A stretch of DNA of 32,000 nt from Promethearchaeota archaeon. GTDB taxonomy: Archaea > Asgardarchaeota > Lokiarchaeia > Sigyniarchaeales > Promethearchaeaceae. A program made the position numbers and the translations under genes. The notes beneath the pieces were generated by a model. It had not been told where the DNA came from. It did not search any database and saw only the letters and a list, made by a program, of their open reading frames with translations. Positions 23,440-32,000 of this stretch are shown here, piece after piece (position 1 is the first letter of the stretch; each line of letters starts with the position of its first letter). The DNA lies in assembly GCA_016933055.1 (NCBI GenBank), contig JAFGBS010000014.1, positions 120,001 through 152,000 on the forward strand. The letters run 5' to 3'.

Positions 23440-25248
23440 ATGAAAAAAGCATATCTCGTGGATTATTCTAAATGCACCTATAATTCATGCGGTCGTCCTT
23501 GCATTAAAAATTGTCCCGTTACCTTGACAAATCTCAAAAATAAAGGCAAGAAGAAAGGCAATCCTGCTATTGATTTTAAAAATTCTTCAAATCAGATTAT
23601 TATTCATTCAGATGTGTGCATTAAATGTGGTATTTGCGTTCAAGTTTGCCCCAGAAATGCGATTTACGTGAAGAATTACGTTGAAGAAGACCCTTCTCAA
23701 GAAAAAATTCATCAATACCATGAAGGTTTCCGATTATATCAACTGCCCACTCTAACAAATGGGACTGTTACAGGTTTAGTCGGACCAAATGGTATTGGTA
23801 AATCTACAATTATGAATATTTTGAGTAAATCGTTAAAACCAAACTTCGGTCTGGAGGAAGAATTGTCCTGGCAAGAAATTGCGGATCTTATAAAAGATAA
23901 CAACATTCGCAACCATTTTCTTTATAATAGAAAGGTTAGCTATAAAAAACAAGTTCTACAAGTACTGTTTGATCAGTATAAGAGTGAAACTATCAAGAAT
24001 ATCCTCCATCACAATCAATCGCATCCACAATATCAGAAGATAATGGATGCGTTAGATATTCCGAGTATTGAGAATCGGTATTTAGAGCAATGCTCTGGAG
24101 GAGAACTTCAACGATTTTCTATTGCGAATGTTTTACTAGCAGACGCTGATATAATATTGGTAGACGAGCCTTGCACGTTTCTCGATGTGAAAAAACGAAT
24201 AGATTTAGCCGAAGTCCTACAAGATCTTAAGGAAGATAATAAAGCGTTTTTAGTGGTAGATCATGATTTAGCAATCCTTGATTACATGTCGGATATGGTG
24301 CACTTGTTTTATGGAGAACCCAACACCTTTGGAATGATATCACGAGTTCTGAATGTGAAAAACGGTATAAACACATATTTGAACGGATTTATTAGTTCGG
24401 AAAATATTGAATTCCGAGAAAGCAAAATCCGATTTAGAAAGACAGTTTCTGGTAGAACATGGTCAAATGCACGCGTTTTTTCAAAATGGTCGACCCTAAA
24501 GAAGTCTTTTGATACGTTTTCTTTAACAATTCATCCGGGTATATTGTATGAAAATGAGATCTTAGGAGTAGCGGGGCAGAATGGACTTGGTAAGACAACT
24601 TTCTTTAAATTACTAACAGGGATGCTAAAACCAGATGAGGGGGTATGGGAAGAAAAAGTTTCCATATCATACAAACCTCAATACATTACAAAGGATTTTC
24701 ACGACACTGTAGAGGAGTTCATCACAAATTTCTCACAAAAATACATCCATGATGAAAATTTACTCCAACAACTCTACGAACCATTGGGAGTAGATACATT
24801 TTTTGATCAATCCGTATCTGAGCTCTCTGGTGGACAATTACAACGGATGTATATCGCAGCATGCTTAACCAAAGATGCAAATCTTTATTTAATCGATGAA
24901 CCCTCCGCTTACTTGGACGTTGAAGAACGTTTAAAAATAGCAGAAATTATAAGATCCCATACGAAACGTACCGACTCCACCACTATTGCAATTGAACACG
25001 ATATCCAAATTATTGACGCTCTTGCAGATAGATTACTTATATTCCTTGGTGAACCCGGAATTAACGGATACACAATTGGACCCCTAACAAAGCAAGATGG
25101 CATGAATGAATTCTTGAAATCACTTGATATTACATTTCGTCGAGATCAAGAAACAGGTAGAGCTAGAATTAACAAAAAAGGTTCAAAGAAGGATGTTCAA
25201 CAGCGGATTAATAACGAATATTATTACATTCGGATGAAAAAAGAGTAG
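23440..25248 (+). CDS. rli: ABCE1/RLI ribosome-recycling ATPase (divergent)
   Basis: Eight Fe-S cysteines (CTYNSCGRPCIKNCP; CIKCGICVQVCP), two ABC domains (GPNGIGKST; GQNGLGKTT), C-terminal FRRD..GRARINK...EYYY hinge. Start set to ATG 23440. Confidence 0.92.
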   Translation: MKKAYLVDYSKCTYNSCGRPCIKNCPVTLTNLKNKGKKKGNPAIDFKNSSNQIIIHSDVCIKCGICVQVCPRNAIYVKNYVEEDPSQEKIHQYHEGFRLYQLPTLTNGTVTGLVGPNGIGKSTIMNILSKSLKPNFGLEEELSWQEIADLIKDNNIRNHFLYNRKVSYKKQVLQVLFDQYKSETIKNILHHNQSHPQYQKIMDALDIPSIENRYLEQCSGGELQRFSIANVLLADADIILVDEPCTFLDVKKRIDLAEVLQDLKEDNKAFLVVDHDLAILDYMSDMVHLFYGEPNTFGMISRVLNVKNGINTYLNGFISSENIEFRESKIRFRKTVSGRTWSNARVFSKWSTLKKSFDTFSLTIHPGILYENEILGVAGQNGLGKTTFFKLLTGMLKPDEGVWEEKVSISYKPQYITKDFHDTVEEFITNFSQKYIHDENLLQQLYEPLGVDTFFDQSVSELSGGQLQRMYIAACLTKDANLYLIDEPSAYLDVEERLKIAEIIRSHTKRTDSTTIAIEHDIQIIDALADRLLIFLGEPGINGYTIGPLTKQDGMNEFLKSLDITFRRDQETGRARINKKGSKKDVQQRINNEYYYIRMKKE

Positions 25249-25254
25249 AACAAA

Positions 25255-26298
25255 CTAAATTTTATTTTTACGTTTTTTTGGTATGGTTTCACTTATCATT
25301 TCATTCAATAATTTCTTATAATCGATTAGTTTCTGCTGTATTTCTGGAGATAATTTCTGTATTTCTTGATCAAATCCTGGTTGATTTATTCGGTTCCAAT
25401 GTTTCATCATTAAATTACTGAAATTCATAAACGAAGGTTGATCTTTCACTTGTAAGAACATTCCCTTCTTGAAGCTCTCCAAGTCTTTTATATTTTGATG
25501 AATGATATCGTCAAGAACTTTATCCCGTAAAGATTTTGAGATGTCCAACGCTACCTTATATGAGGATAAAGCGTTATCGTAATCATCTTGTAATCCATAG
25601 ACATAGGCAATATTGTTAAGGAATAAAGTTTGACCATATAAATCGCGGTATCTGGCTGTCGCTGCTAAACCATAATGCAGCACTTCTAAAGCTTCGGGTA
25701 GCATTCTTTTTCGTATGAATCTCTCTGCAGATTTCATACACATAATTGCGTATTTATGGAGCTTTCTTTTCAATCGACGATTTTTGAATCTGTGCTGCTT
25801 AATCAAATGCATGTGATAAACTTCGAGCATCTCTTTGTATTCTTGATTGAGGGGATCGAATTCTTGGGCTTTTTCTTCAAAGGAAAAACTCTGATCAAAA
25901 TCCTTCAATCGTGAATATTCATAAGCGATTTTGTGGAATATTTCCGGATTATCCGTCCATATATCCAAAATATCTGCATATTTTTCAATTGCTAAACCAG
26001 GTCGAGATAATTTCGAGTAAAGTAATGCAATTTTATCTTGATATAAAACATAGTTCGTACTTTGCTCTTCTTCAATCATCTGAAGTAGCTTTTTAATATT
26101 TACTTTTTTGGGAGTTCCATATGAGGTCGAAAAATTCATTAATAATTTCTTCTTCCGGTTGGGGAGGGCTATACACTCATGATTCCAAAAATGCCGATGG
26201 AATTTACAGAAACTCTCGCCACATAGCTTGCATTTCCGCCGTGTTAAACCGAGTATTAAATTATCGCAGAAGTAACATCTTTGCGTTGTTGCCCCCAC
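25255..26298 (-). CDS. AN1-type zinc finger plus TPR repeat protein
   Basis: CYFC-x10-CKLCGESFCKFHRHFWNHEC matches the AN1 pattern. TPRs: LFLNNIAYVYGLQDDYDNALSSYKVALDIS. GTG start. Confidence 0.8.
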   Translation of the reverse strand: MGATTQRCYFCDNLILGLTRRKCKLCGESFCKFHRHFWNHECIALPNRKKKLLMNFSTSYGTPKKVNIKKLLQMIEEEQSTNYVLYQDKIALLYSKLSRPGLAIEKYADILDIWTDNPEIFHKIAYEYSRLKDFDQSFSFEEKAQEFDPLNQEYKEMLEVYHMHLIKQHRFKNRRLKRKLHKYAIMCMKSAERFIRKRMLPEALEVLHYGLAATARYRDLYGQTLFLNNIAYVYGLQDDYDNALSSYKVALDISKSLRDKVLDDIIHQNIKDLESFKKGMFLQVKDQPSFMNFSNLMMKHWNRINQPGFDQEIQKLSPEIQQKLIDYKKLLNEMISETIPKKRKNKI

Positions 26299-26686
26299 CT
26301 ATATAAGATACGTTCAATACTCCATATTAAATTTGTCATATAATTTTGATAAGTAATTCTCAATTTCAGCAAAAAATATTCAGTTTTTTCCTTAAAATTT
26401 CAATACATTTCAACGCAAAGAATCTTATAGATAGGGGGTAATTCCAGTACTTTCATAGGTACACGACTTATCTACCTTTTTAACCATGTCTTTATCTGTT
26501 CAGATTACAACATAGAACGTTTAACCATAATAGTGTTTATAGAGCGAATTAGATTACTTCTACATGTATCACAGAGACTTTCAATGCATATTCAACCTGT
26601 CAAACTATATTTTCTACGATCTAATGGTAAAATGGCAACTTCTCGACTTTAGCATTCGGATTGATCGGATTGTTATCAAAGGGACT

Positions 26687-27586
26687 TTATGGGATGAAGT
26701 CTAGTGGTCGGAACGAGTTGACTAGTAAAATTCCACCTATTATCATGAGAATTGCTCCTATCAATCTCCCCTTAATATCTTCTTTAAGAATCCACACTGA
26801 TAAGCCCAAGGTGACCAATAAGGATAACATGGATAATGGTTCTGCGATTGAAAGTTCAAAATTAAAAAACGATAGCAAGACTAATAGAAGAACATAACTG
26901 TAAGCATTAGCGAAGCTGCCTAATAGAAAATGCTTATAATTACCTGCAATTACCTCTCTTATTAATCGCAGTTTTTTGGTTCCAACAATTGCTATTAGAA
27001 GATAAAGAGAAATAATCCAATATTGAATTATTGAATATAAAAATGGATCAGTGGTGGTTTTTACAAACAAACCATCTATTATTCTGCCTAAAGCAATAAG
27101 GAGACTCACCACAATCATCAATAAACATCCTCGGTTCGTAAATACCGCCTTGACACTTTCTTTAAGAGAGTGTTTCCGTTCAAGTAGGGCTGTTCCAATG
27201 AATAATAACGCCATACCCACCAGCTTAAACCAATAAAAGGATTCTCCCAGAAAGAGAACGGACAAGATAAACAAAAAGAATACATTGAAATTATAAAGAG
27301 GAGTCACGAGGGAAACTTCATAGTTGGAGAGAACGTATACATACAATGTAAAAGCTAAAGAATACAATGTTCCACTTAGGGAAGCATATCCAATTCCACT
27401 AAGAGCATCAAAGTCTGTGAGAAATAATAAAGGAAGAAGCATAATACCGGCTATAGAAAATAAAAGAAATGTGGAAACAAGAGGATCTCGATTTTTAGCG
27501 GCTCGATTAAATTCTATTCTCTCGTAACCTAACAGTGAGATCCTACCAAACATAATCAAGATAATGAACAGAACACTTAGGTTCAT
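26687..27586 (-). CDS. EamA/DMT family transporter
   Basis: Two repeats of five TM helices; YEVSLVTPLYNFN...LFLGESF; IAEPLSMLSLL...ILKEDI. Confidence 0.88.
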   Translation of the reverse strand: MNLSVLFIILIMFGRISLLGYERIEFNRAAKNRDPLVSTFLLFSIAGIMLLPLLFLTDFDALSGIGYASLSGTLYSLAFTLYVYVLSNYEVSLVTPLYNFNVFFLFILSVLFLGESFYWFKLVGMALLFIGTALLERKHSLKESVKAVFTNRGCLLMIVVSLLIALGRIIDGLFVKTTTDPFLYSIIQYWIISLYLLIAIVGTKKLRLIREVIAGNYKHFLLGSFANAYSYVLLLVLLSFFNFELSIAEPLSMLSLLVTLGLSVWILKEDIKGRLIGAILMIIGGILLVNSFRPLDFIP

Positions 27587-27674
27587 TACAAAAATATAAT
27601 GATTCTAGATTTTGAATGTTTTGAGTATAGAAATACTTATTCAATACGTTGTTGAAAAAGAAATTTGATGAATA

Positions 27675-28034
27675 TTATTGCTCTTCAAACATTTTTTTTA
27701 GTTTTTCAAGTACCAAAGTTTTTTCAGCAATGAACCAGTGGAGTTTTGATTTTTCAGGTTTTTGTTCTTTAATTATTTTTGCTAATTCCTCCACATCTTC
27801 ACTATTAGGTTCTATAAGCTTATCATGGCGAAGCCGGGCTCTCATATCATCGACGGTTTTAAATACATTGATATCAATCCATGCGTCATCTTGACAACCA
27901 TTCAAATCTAGATTCAGTTGTAGAGTTTTGCACAGTTTTGCTAATCGGAAGATCATTTCATCATATTGAATGTTTTTTCGATACAATCGGAGTGCGAGAA
28001 CGGAAATTTCTTCATGGGGTATAAGAGTTTGCAT
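27675..28034 (-). CDS. Small hypothetical protein with two internal helical repeats (DUF2934-like W/FxxAE motif)
   Basis: EEISVLALRLYRKNIQYDEMIFRLAKLC versus EDVEELAKIIKEQKPEKSKLHWFIAEKTL. ATG 28034 has AGAGGAGA just upstream, so it is preferred over the track start at 28154. Confidence 0.65.
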   Translation of the reverse strand: MQTLIPHEEISVLALRLYRKNIQYDEMIFRLAKLCKTLQLNLDLNGCQDDAWIDINVFKTVDDMRARLRHDKLIEPNSEDVEELAKIIKEQKPEKSKLHWFIAEKTLVLEKLKKMFEEQ

Positions 28035-28215
28035 TGGGTCTCCTCTGGTAGAGAGTTGATTTGTCGACAATAAAAACAATGATCGGGATCTTTTATCCCT
28101 TGTGGTACGGTTTTTCCATAAATATTCTAAGATATGCTTAAATAACGTTCTCATTACAACAAGGAGTTCTGAAAGGAAGACTCATTACCTAATATGTATT
28201 ATCACAGTAATACAG

Positions 28216-31200
28216 TTACAAACCGAACGCATCTAGTTTTTTTGTCCCTTTAATTTCTTCCCAATTTATATCCAATGCATCTAATAATTGTTCTAAAACA
28301 TTCTGGAGATTCTCTTGATACTTTTTTACATCGATATCTTGGATAGATGCTAATGACACTGGTTTAACATGTTCTGAATCCCTCGTTTTCACATAACTTA
28401 TATACTCTCCAGCTTCTATCTTAATACCAGTCCTTTTTTCCTCCATCATCGCTGCTTTTACATGTTGGGGCATCGTTTTTTTGTAACTACTAATTGACTT
28501 TGTTAGTTTGGTTGAGATTGCATAATCTTCAATAGGAAATCCATTTTTCTCTAAGGATTTTCCAATACGTTTCAAATAAGATTTTGTTATATTGATAATT
28601 TTTGCTTTTTCCTTCTCAAATTCAGCTTTACTTGTGATTTTCTTTAAAATACCTGAAATTTCATCAAAAGCTTTGAAAATAAATGGAGGTGTGTTGCTCT
28701 TTTTTGCAGACATACCTTTAACATCTATAGAATTTCCTCCTTTATAGACCCCTACATAATTTTTCTTTCGTTGAGACAAAGCTAAAAATTGGTAAACTTT
28801 TTCTTCTTCTAAATCTAAATCTAATTTCTTTTTGCTCCATTGGGCCATTTCCTTTATTTGTTCCTTGCTCGGAGAGTGTAGAAATACACTGTCAGTGTCC
28901 CCGTAGAGCACTTGTATATTAATCTCTTTGGCCCTTCTTGCTGTTTGTTGGATCGAATACCTACCAATCGCTGTGGTCGATTCAGCAACAGGTTTACACC
29001 TTAGCACGAAGGGAACGCTCCCTAGTACTCCATAAATAGAATTAAGAAAAACTTTAAGCGCTGACTGTAAAATCTTCGCAAAATTTCGCTCTTCAGGAGA
29101 GACCTCTTTATCTAATGAACGTGGTTTGTACCATCTCACACGAACATCTCGGAAAAATCCTACTATTATCGTAAAAATTCCCAATCGTTTGCTGCAAATG
29201 TGATAAGGAACGTTAGGTAACAAATTGCTCTGGCATTCCGGGTGAAAACAATTAACTGTTTCGTAGGAAAGGTTTCTACTTTTGATGATTGTCGGATATA
29301 GACTACTAAAATCCATCACACTAACATTGAAATGTATACCAGGTACAGGATCGAAAACAAATCCACCTTCGAATTCATCTCCCATTCCCGGTTTTAACTC
29401 CGCCAATTCTGACTTACGCGGAATCAGATACCCTCGGATCCTATGTTCATAATAAAATATATTTCTAACCCATACTGATATTTGGTGCCGGAATAGATCC
29501 TGGAGGGGTAATTTCGTGATCCGCATCAAATAAACCAATAAATTCCATACCGTATTGCCACCAAACTGTGTCAGTTCTAAGGTCAGAACGGAATCGATCA
29601 TGTTATAGTACGCAAGAGTGTTTAATTCCATTGTTGCAATATCGATCGGGGAAAATTTTTCTCCCGTACCATGCTTTATTTTTTCACTTCCTAAAAATGC
29701 TTTAGAAATATCATCTAAAGAATTTCGTTCATATATTTCCCCGAAAGCATACCCCTTAAGACTCCTATTCGCGAAAATCTGGTATAAATCAAGATGAATT
29801 GAGTGTTTAAGGAAAGCATTTGTATCAACAAGAGATAATCCCCCCTGGCGTTTGATCTCAATTGGATTTATCTCATTAGGAAGGTCTAAATTTTTTGCTC
29901 GATGGAATAAATAATTCAGATCGAAATTATCTCCATTAAATGAGACTACCAATGGATAATTCCATAATATACGGAAACATTCGGTTATGAGATCTTTTTC
30001 TTCCTCAAAATAGATTATTTCTGCATTCTCCGGAAATTCGTCTATAATGGTGCCTATTGGGACTTCATCTCGCCAAAGAACATATACTCTGTTCATGCCA
30101 TCGGAACCTGCAAATGATATGCTCGTAACTCGTTCTCGCGCGATTAGTGCCTCTGGTAAATTTCCCGTCTTTGGAACTTCAACTTCTATATCGAACGCGA
30201 CTCTACGAACGTCAGGTATAGGATAGGAAAACACTTTCATATACCGTCGAGCCATTTCTTGAAATACCTCCGGTTCGTTCGCAAACAATTTTAATAATTT
30301 TTTTTCAAGATCAGGAGTTGTATGCAATTCCATTGGGGAAATTGACCCATCTTTTATTTGATAAATTAAACCGGGTATTAAATCTCGGTCATAGATATAA
30401 TTATGGTGATAGCGAATATTTGCTTCCCATGCACCATTATACCCTGCTCGTGCTAGTATATTAAATATCGAATTAGGGCTGAGAGTCATGGGATCATCAT
30501 TTTGAATATCTCCTTTTTTGCCGATATCGTTTGGAGTTTTTCCATAAATTTTCGAAACCATTATTTTTTCGTCGTGTAATAAATCTTCAATTTCCACAGT
30601 TTCAATTCCATCAAATCCAGAAAAATTGACCAATTCGGGAATTTGTTCAAGTTTTTCCTTTTTTTCCTTGTGCAATGCGTAAGGACGATGGTTAGTATTG
30701 TCTATCCAAAATTTGATTATTTTTTCATTGATATCATAAAACCGCGCATATGCTTTGTTTTGTTTTCCAGAGTATTCTACTGTAAGTAATATCCCTTGTT
30801 CCATATGGGAACAAATTTCCCCGTTTTGGATGAGGTTTTCTACATATACTGCCTTTGCAGCTCCCTTTCTATCTTCTACTGGATTCTCAAACCGTTGTTC
30901 CCCAAATGGAGTTGTGTCTTTTTTATAGAAAGTCAAATCAGATTTTTTCAGTGTTTCCACTGAATTGGGTTGGGACGATAGGGTCTTTTTTTGAGGAACA
31001 TCTTGTTTCTTTTTTTGCTCAACCATCTGTTGTAACTTTTCAAGTTGCTTTTCTTTCTCAGGGAGCTTTTCTGATGAAAAATCTGCAACTTGTTCTTTTT
31101 TCGTAGATTTTTTCAAATTTTTCTCGGAATCCGATTCTATGAATCGCATAAGGCTATTCTTTGCGGTAACAGGTTTGGTTTTCTTTTTTGATTTACCGCT

Positions 31201-31227
31201 GGTTTTTTCAGATTTTTTAAAAGTCAT
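28216..31227 (-). CDS. polB: Family B DNA polymerase, archaeal PolB1 (Dpo1-like) type, with long charged N-terminal extension
   Basis: ExoI AFDIEV, ExoII FNGDNFD, ExoIII YNMID; DFSSLYP, KVFLNSIYG, YGDTDS, KKNY, TPPF, MPQHVKAA. Resembles Sulfolobus Dpo1 in layout. ATG 31227 has AAGGGGA upstream. Confidence 0.93.
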   Translation of the reverse strand: MTFKKSEKTSGKSKKKTKPVTAKNSLMRFIESDSEKNLKKSTKKEQVADFSSEKLPEKEKQLEKLQQMVEQKKKQDVPQKKTLSSQPNSVETLKKSDLTFYKKDTTPFGEQRFENPVEDRKGAAKAVYVENLIQNGEICSHMEQGILLTVEYSGKQNKAYARFYDINEKIIKFWIDNTNHRPYALHKEKKEKLEQIPELVNFSGFDGIETVEIEDLLHDEKIMVSKIYGKTPNDIGKKGDIQNDDPMTLSPNSIFNILARAGYNGAWEANIRYHHNYIYDRDLIPGLIYQIKDGSISPMELHTTPDLEKKLLKLFANEPEVFQEMARRYMKVFSYPIPDVRRVAFDIEVEVPKTGNLPEALIARERVTSISFAGSDGMNRVYVLWRDEVPIGTIIDEFPENAEIIYFEEEKDLITECFRILWNYPLVVSFNGDNFDLNYLFHRAKNLDLPNEINPIEIKRQGGLSLVDTNAFLKHSIHLDLYQIFANRSLKGYAFGEIYERNSLDDISKAFLGSEKIKHGTGEKFSPIDIATMELNTLAYYNMIDSVLTLELTQFGGNTVWNLLVYLMRITKLPLQDLFRHQISVWVRNIFYYEHRIRGYLIPRKSELAELKPGMGDEFEGGFVFDPVPGIHFNVSVMDFSSLYPTIIKSRNLSYETVNCFHPECQSNLLPNVPYHICSKRLGIFTIIVGFFRDVRVRWYKPRSLDKEVSPEERNFAKILQSALKVFLNSIYGVLGSVPFVLRCKPVAESTTAIGRYSIQQTARRAKEINIQVLYGDTDSVFLHSPSKEQIKEMAQWSKKKLDLDLEEEKVYQFLALSQRKKNYVGVYKGGNSIDVKGMSAKKSNTPPFIFKAFDEISGILKKITSKAEFEKEKAKIINITKSYLKRIGKSLEKNGFPIEDYAISTKLTKSISSYKKTMPQHVKAAMMEEKRTGIKIEAGEYISYVKTRDSEHVKPVSLASIQDIDVKKYQENLQNVLEQLLDALDINWEEIKGTKKLDAFGL

Positions 31228-31361
31228 TAAGTTCCCCTTACTAGTTACCACTGAATATTGGAAAATCTATCTATAAAGTATTTATTTACATGGAGTACAT
31301 GCAAAATTGAATAGAATAGAGAGTCAATTCTATATTAAATATATTATTAACCACTCAAAAA

Positions 31362-32000
31362 ATGGAAGATGAATTCGTGATGAAAAAAAGAGATGTTGTC
31401 ATAGTTAGTGCTTGTAGGACTCCAATTGGTGCATTTGGAGGGAGTCTGCGACCAGTTCAAGCACCTCAGTTAGCTTCTTTAGTTATGCGTGAGGCAATCA
31501 AACGTGCAAAATTACAGGATCAATTAGATCTGATCCAAGATGTGAGATTTGGGAATTGCTTAGAACCAGTTGATGCGATGAATGTAACACGCATTGCAGC
31601 ATTACTGGCAGGGGTTCCTAACTCGGTTCCCGCGGTTACCGTAAATCGTGTTTGTATTTCAGGAATGACTGCGGCTTTAGATAGTATGGTTTATATACAG
31701 AATGGATTATTGGACTGTTGCCTAGTAGGTGGAGTAGAGTCAATGAGTAATGTACCTTATGTGGTTCAAGAAGCCCGTTGGGGTCTGAGATTACAAGATG
31801 CGGCATTTGCTGATGGATTAATTCGTGGTTTGCAATGCGGTTCTATCTTCGTGCCTTATCCTAAAGATGGACCAGTCGAGTGGGCTCGTGGAAAACCCTT
31901 CATAATGGGTCAAACTGCTGAGTTTCTCGTTGCGCGAGATGGCTGGACACGGGAACAACAGGATGAAATCGCTCTACGATCCCATAACAACGCCGAACGG
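31362..32000 (+). CDS. Thiolase (acetyl-CoA C-acyltransferase), partial at window end
   Basis: Hand translation: M(EDEFVM)KKRDVVIVSACRTPIGAFGGSL...VTVNRVCISGM (catalytic Cys)...GGVESMSNVPY...MGQTAE...REQQDEIALRSH. Start 31362 or 31380. Confidence 0.93.
   Translation, partial: MEDEFVMKKRDVVIVSACRTPIGAFGGSLRPVQAPQLASLVMREAIKRAKLQDQLDLIQDVRFGNCLEPVDAMNVTRIAALLAGVPNSVPAVTVNRVCISGMTAALDSMVYIQNGLLDCCLVGGVESMSNVPYVVQEARWGLRLQDAAFADGLIRGLQCGSIFVPYPKDGPVEWARGKPFIMGQTAEFLVARDGWTREQQDEIALRSHNNAER

Noticed and set aside
26299-26686. Small minus-strand frame with an in-frame TGA (possible selenoprotein) or an ncRNA
   Set aside because: The translation has no redox motif or family resemblance, no SECIS or stable hairpins were seen, and the sequence is simply AT-rich intergenic DNA.
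2194-31106. Short overlapping ORFs in the track (e.g. 2194-2547, 2544-2741, 4287-4520, 5098-5738, 10871-11134, 12389-13445, 21661-21885, 26661-27527, 30855-31106)
   Set aside because: They lie antisense or out of frame within well-supported genes and have no motifs; treated as shadow ORFs.

Overview
AT-rich archaeal DNA, most likely Asgard (Lokiarchaeia-like). This is inferred from an Arf-type GTPase, vWA-RING, SNAP-like TPR and AN1 zinc-finger proteins, an archaeal proteasome alpha subunit, a PolB1-type polymerase and ABCE1. About 25 CDSs are present, two of them cut by the window edges (an HhH-Arf GTPase and a thiolase) and missing from the ORF track. Blocks in order: (1) Arf GTPase / proteasome alpha / SNAP-like TPR / vWA-double-RING; (2) a ~400-nt ORF-free, hairpin-rich intergenic region that looks like an unannotated structured RNA on the + strand, next to a ribbon-helix-helix gene; (3) a WTEEEL-repeat zinc-ribbon protein; (4) two divergent non-pyrrolysine MttB-family methyltransferases flanking a corrinoid protein, the second coupled to a PLP transsulfuration-family lyase, followed by a flavin reductase and a GPH transporter; (5) an atypical AdoMetDC, an orphan Eco57I-like adenine MTase, a ROK kinase, a nitrilase-family amidase and a PurF lacking its catalytic Cys; (6) MFS, AlaX, radical SAM, ABCE1, AN1-TPR, EamA, a small hypothetical protein, PolB1 and thiolase. 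I saw no rRNA, tRNA, CRISPR array or transposase. All family calls come from motif recognition by eye; no searches were run.
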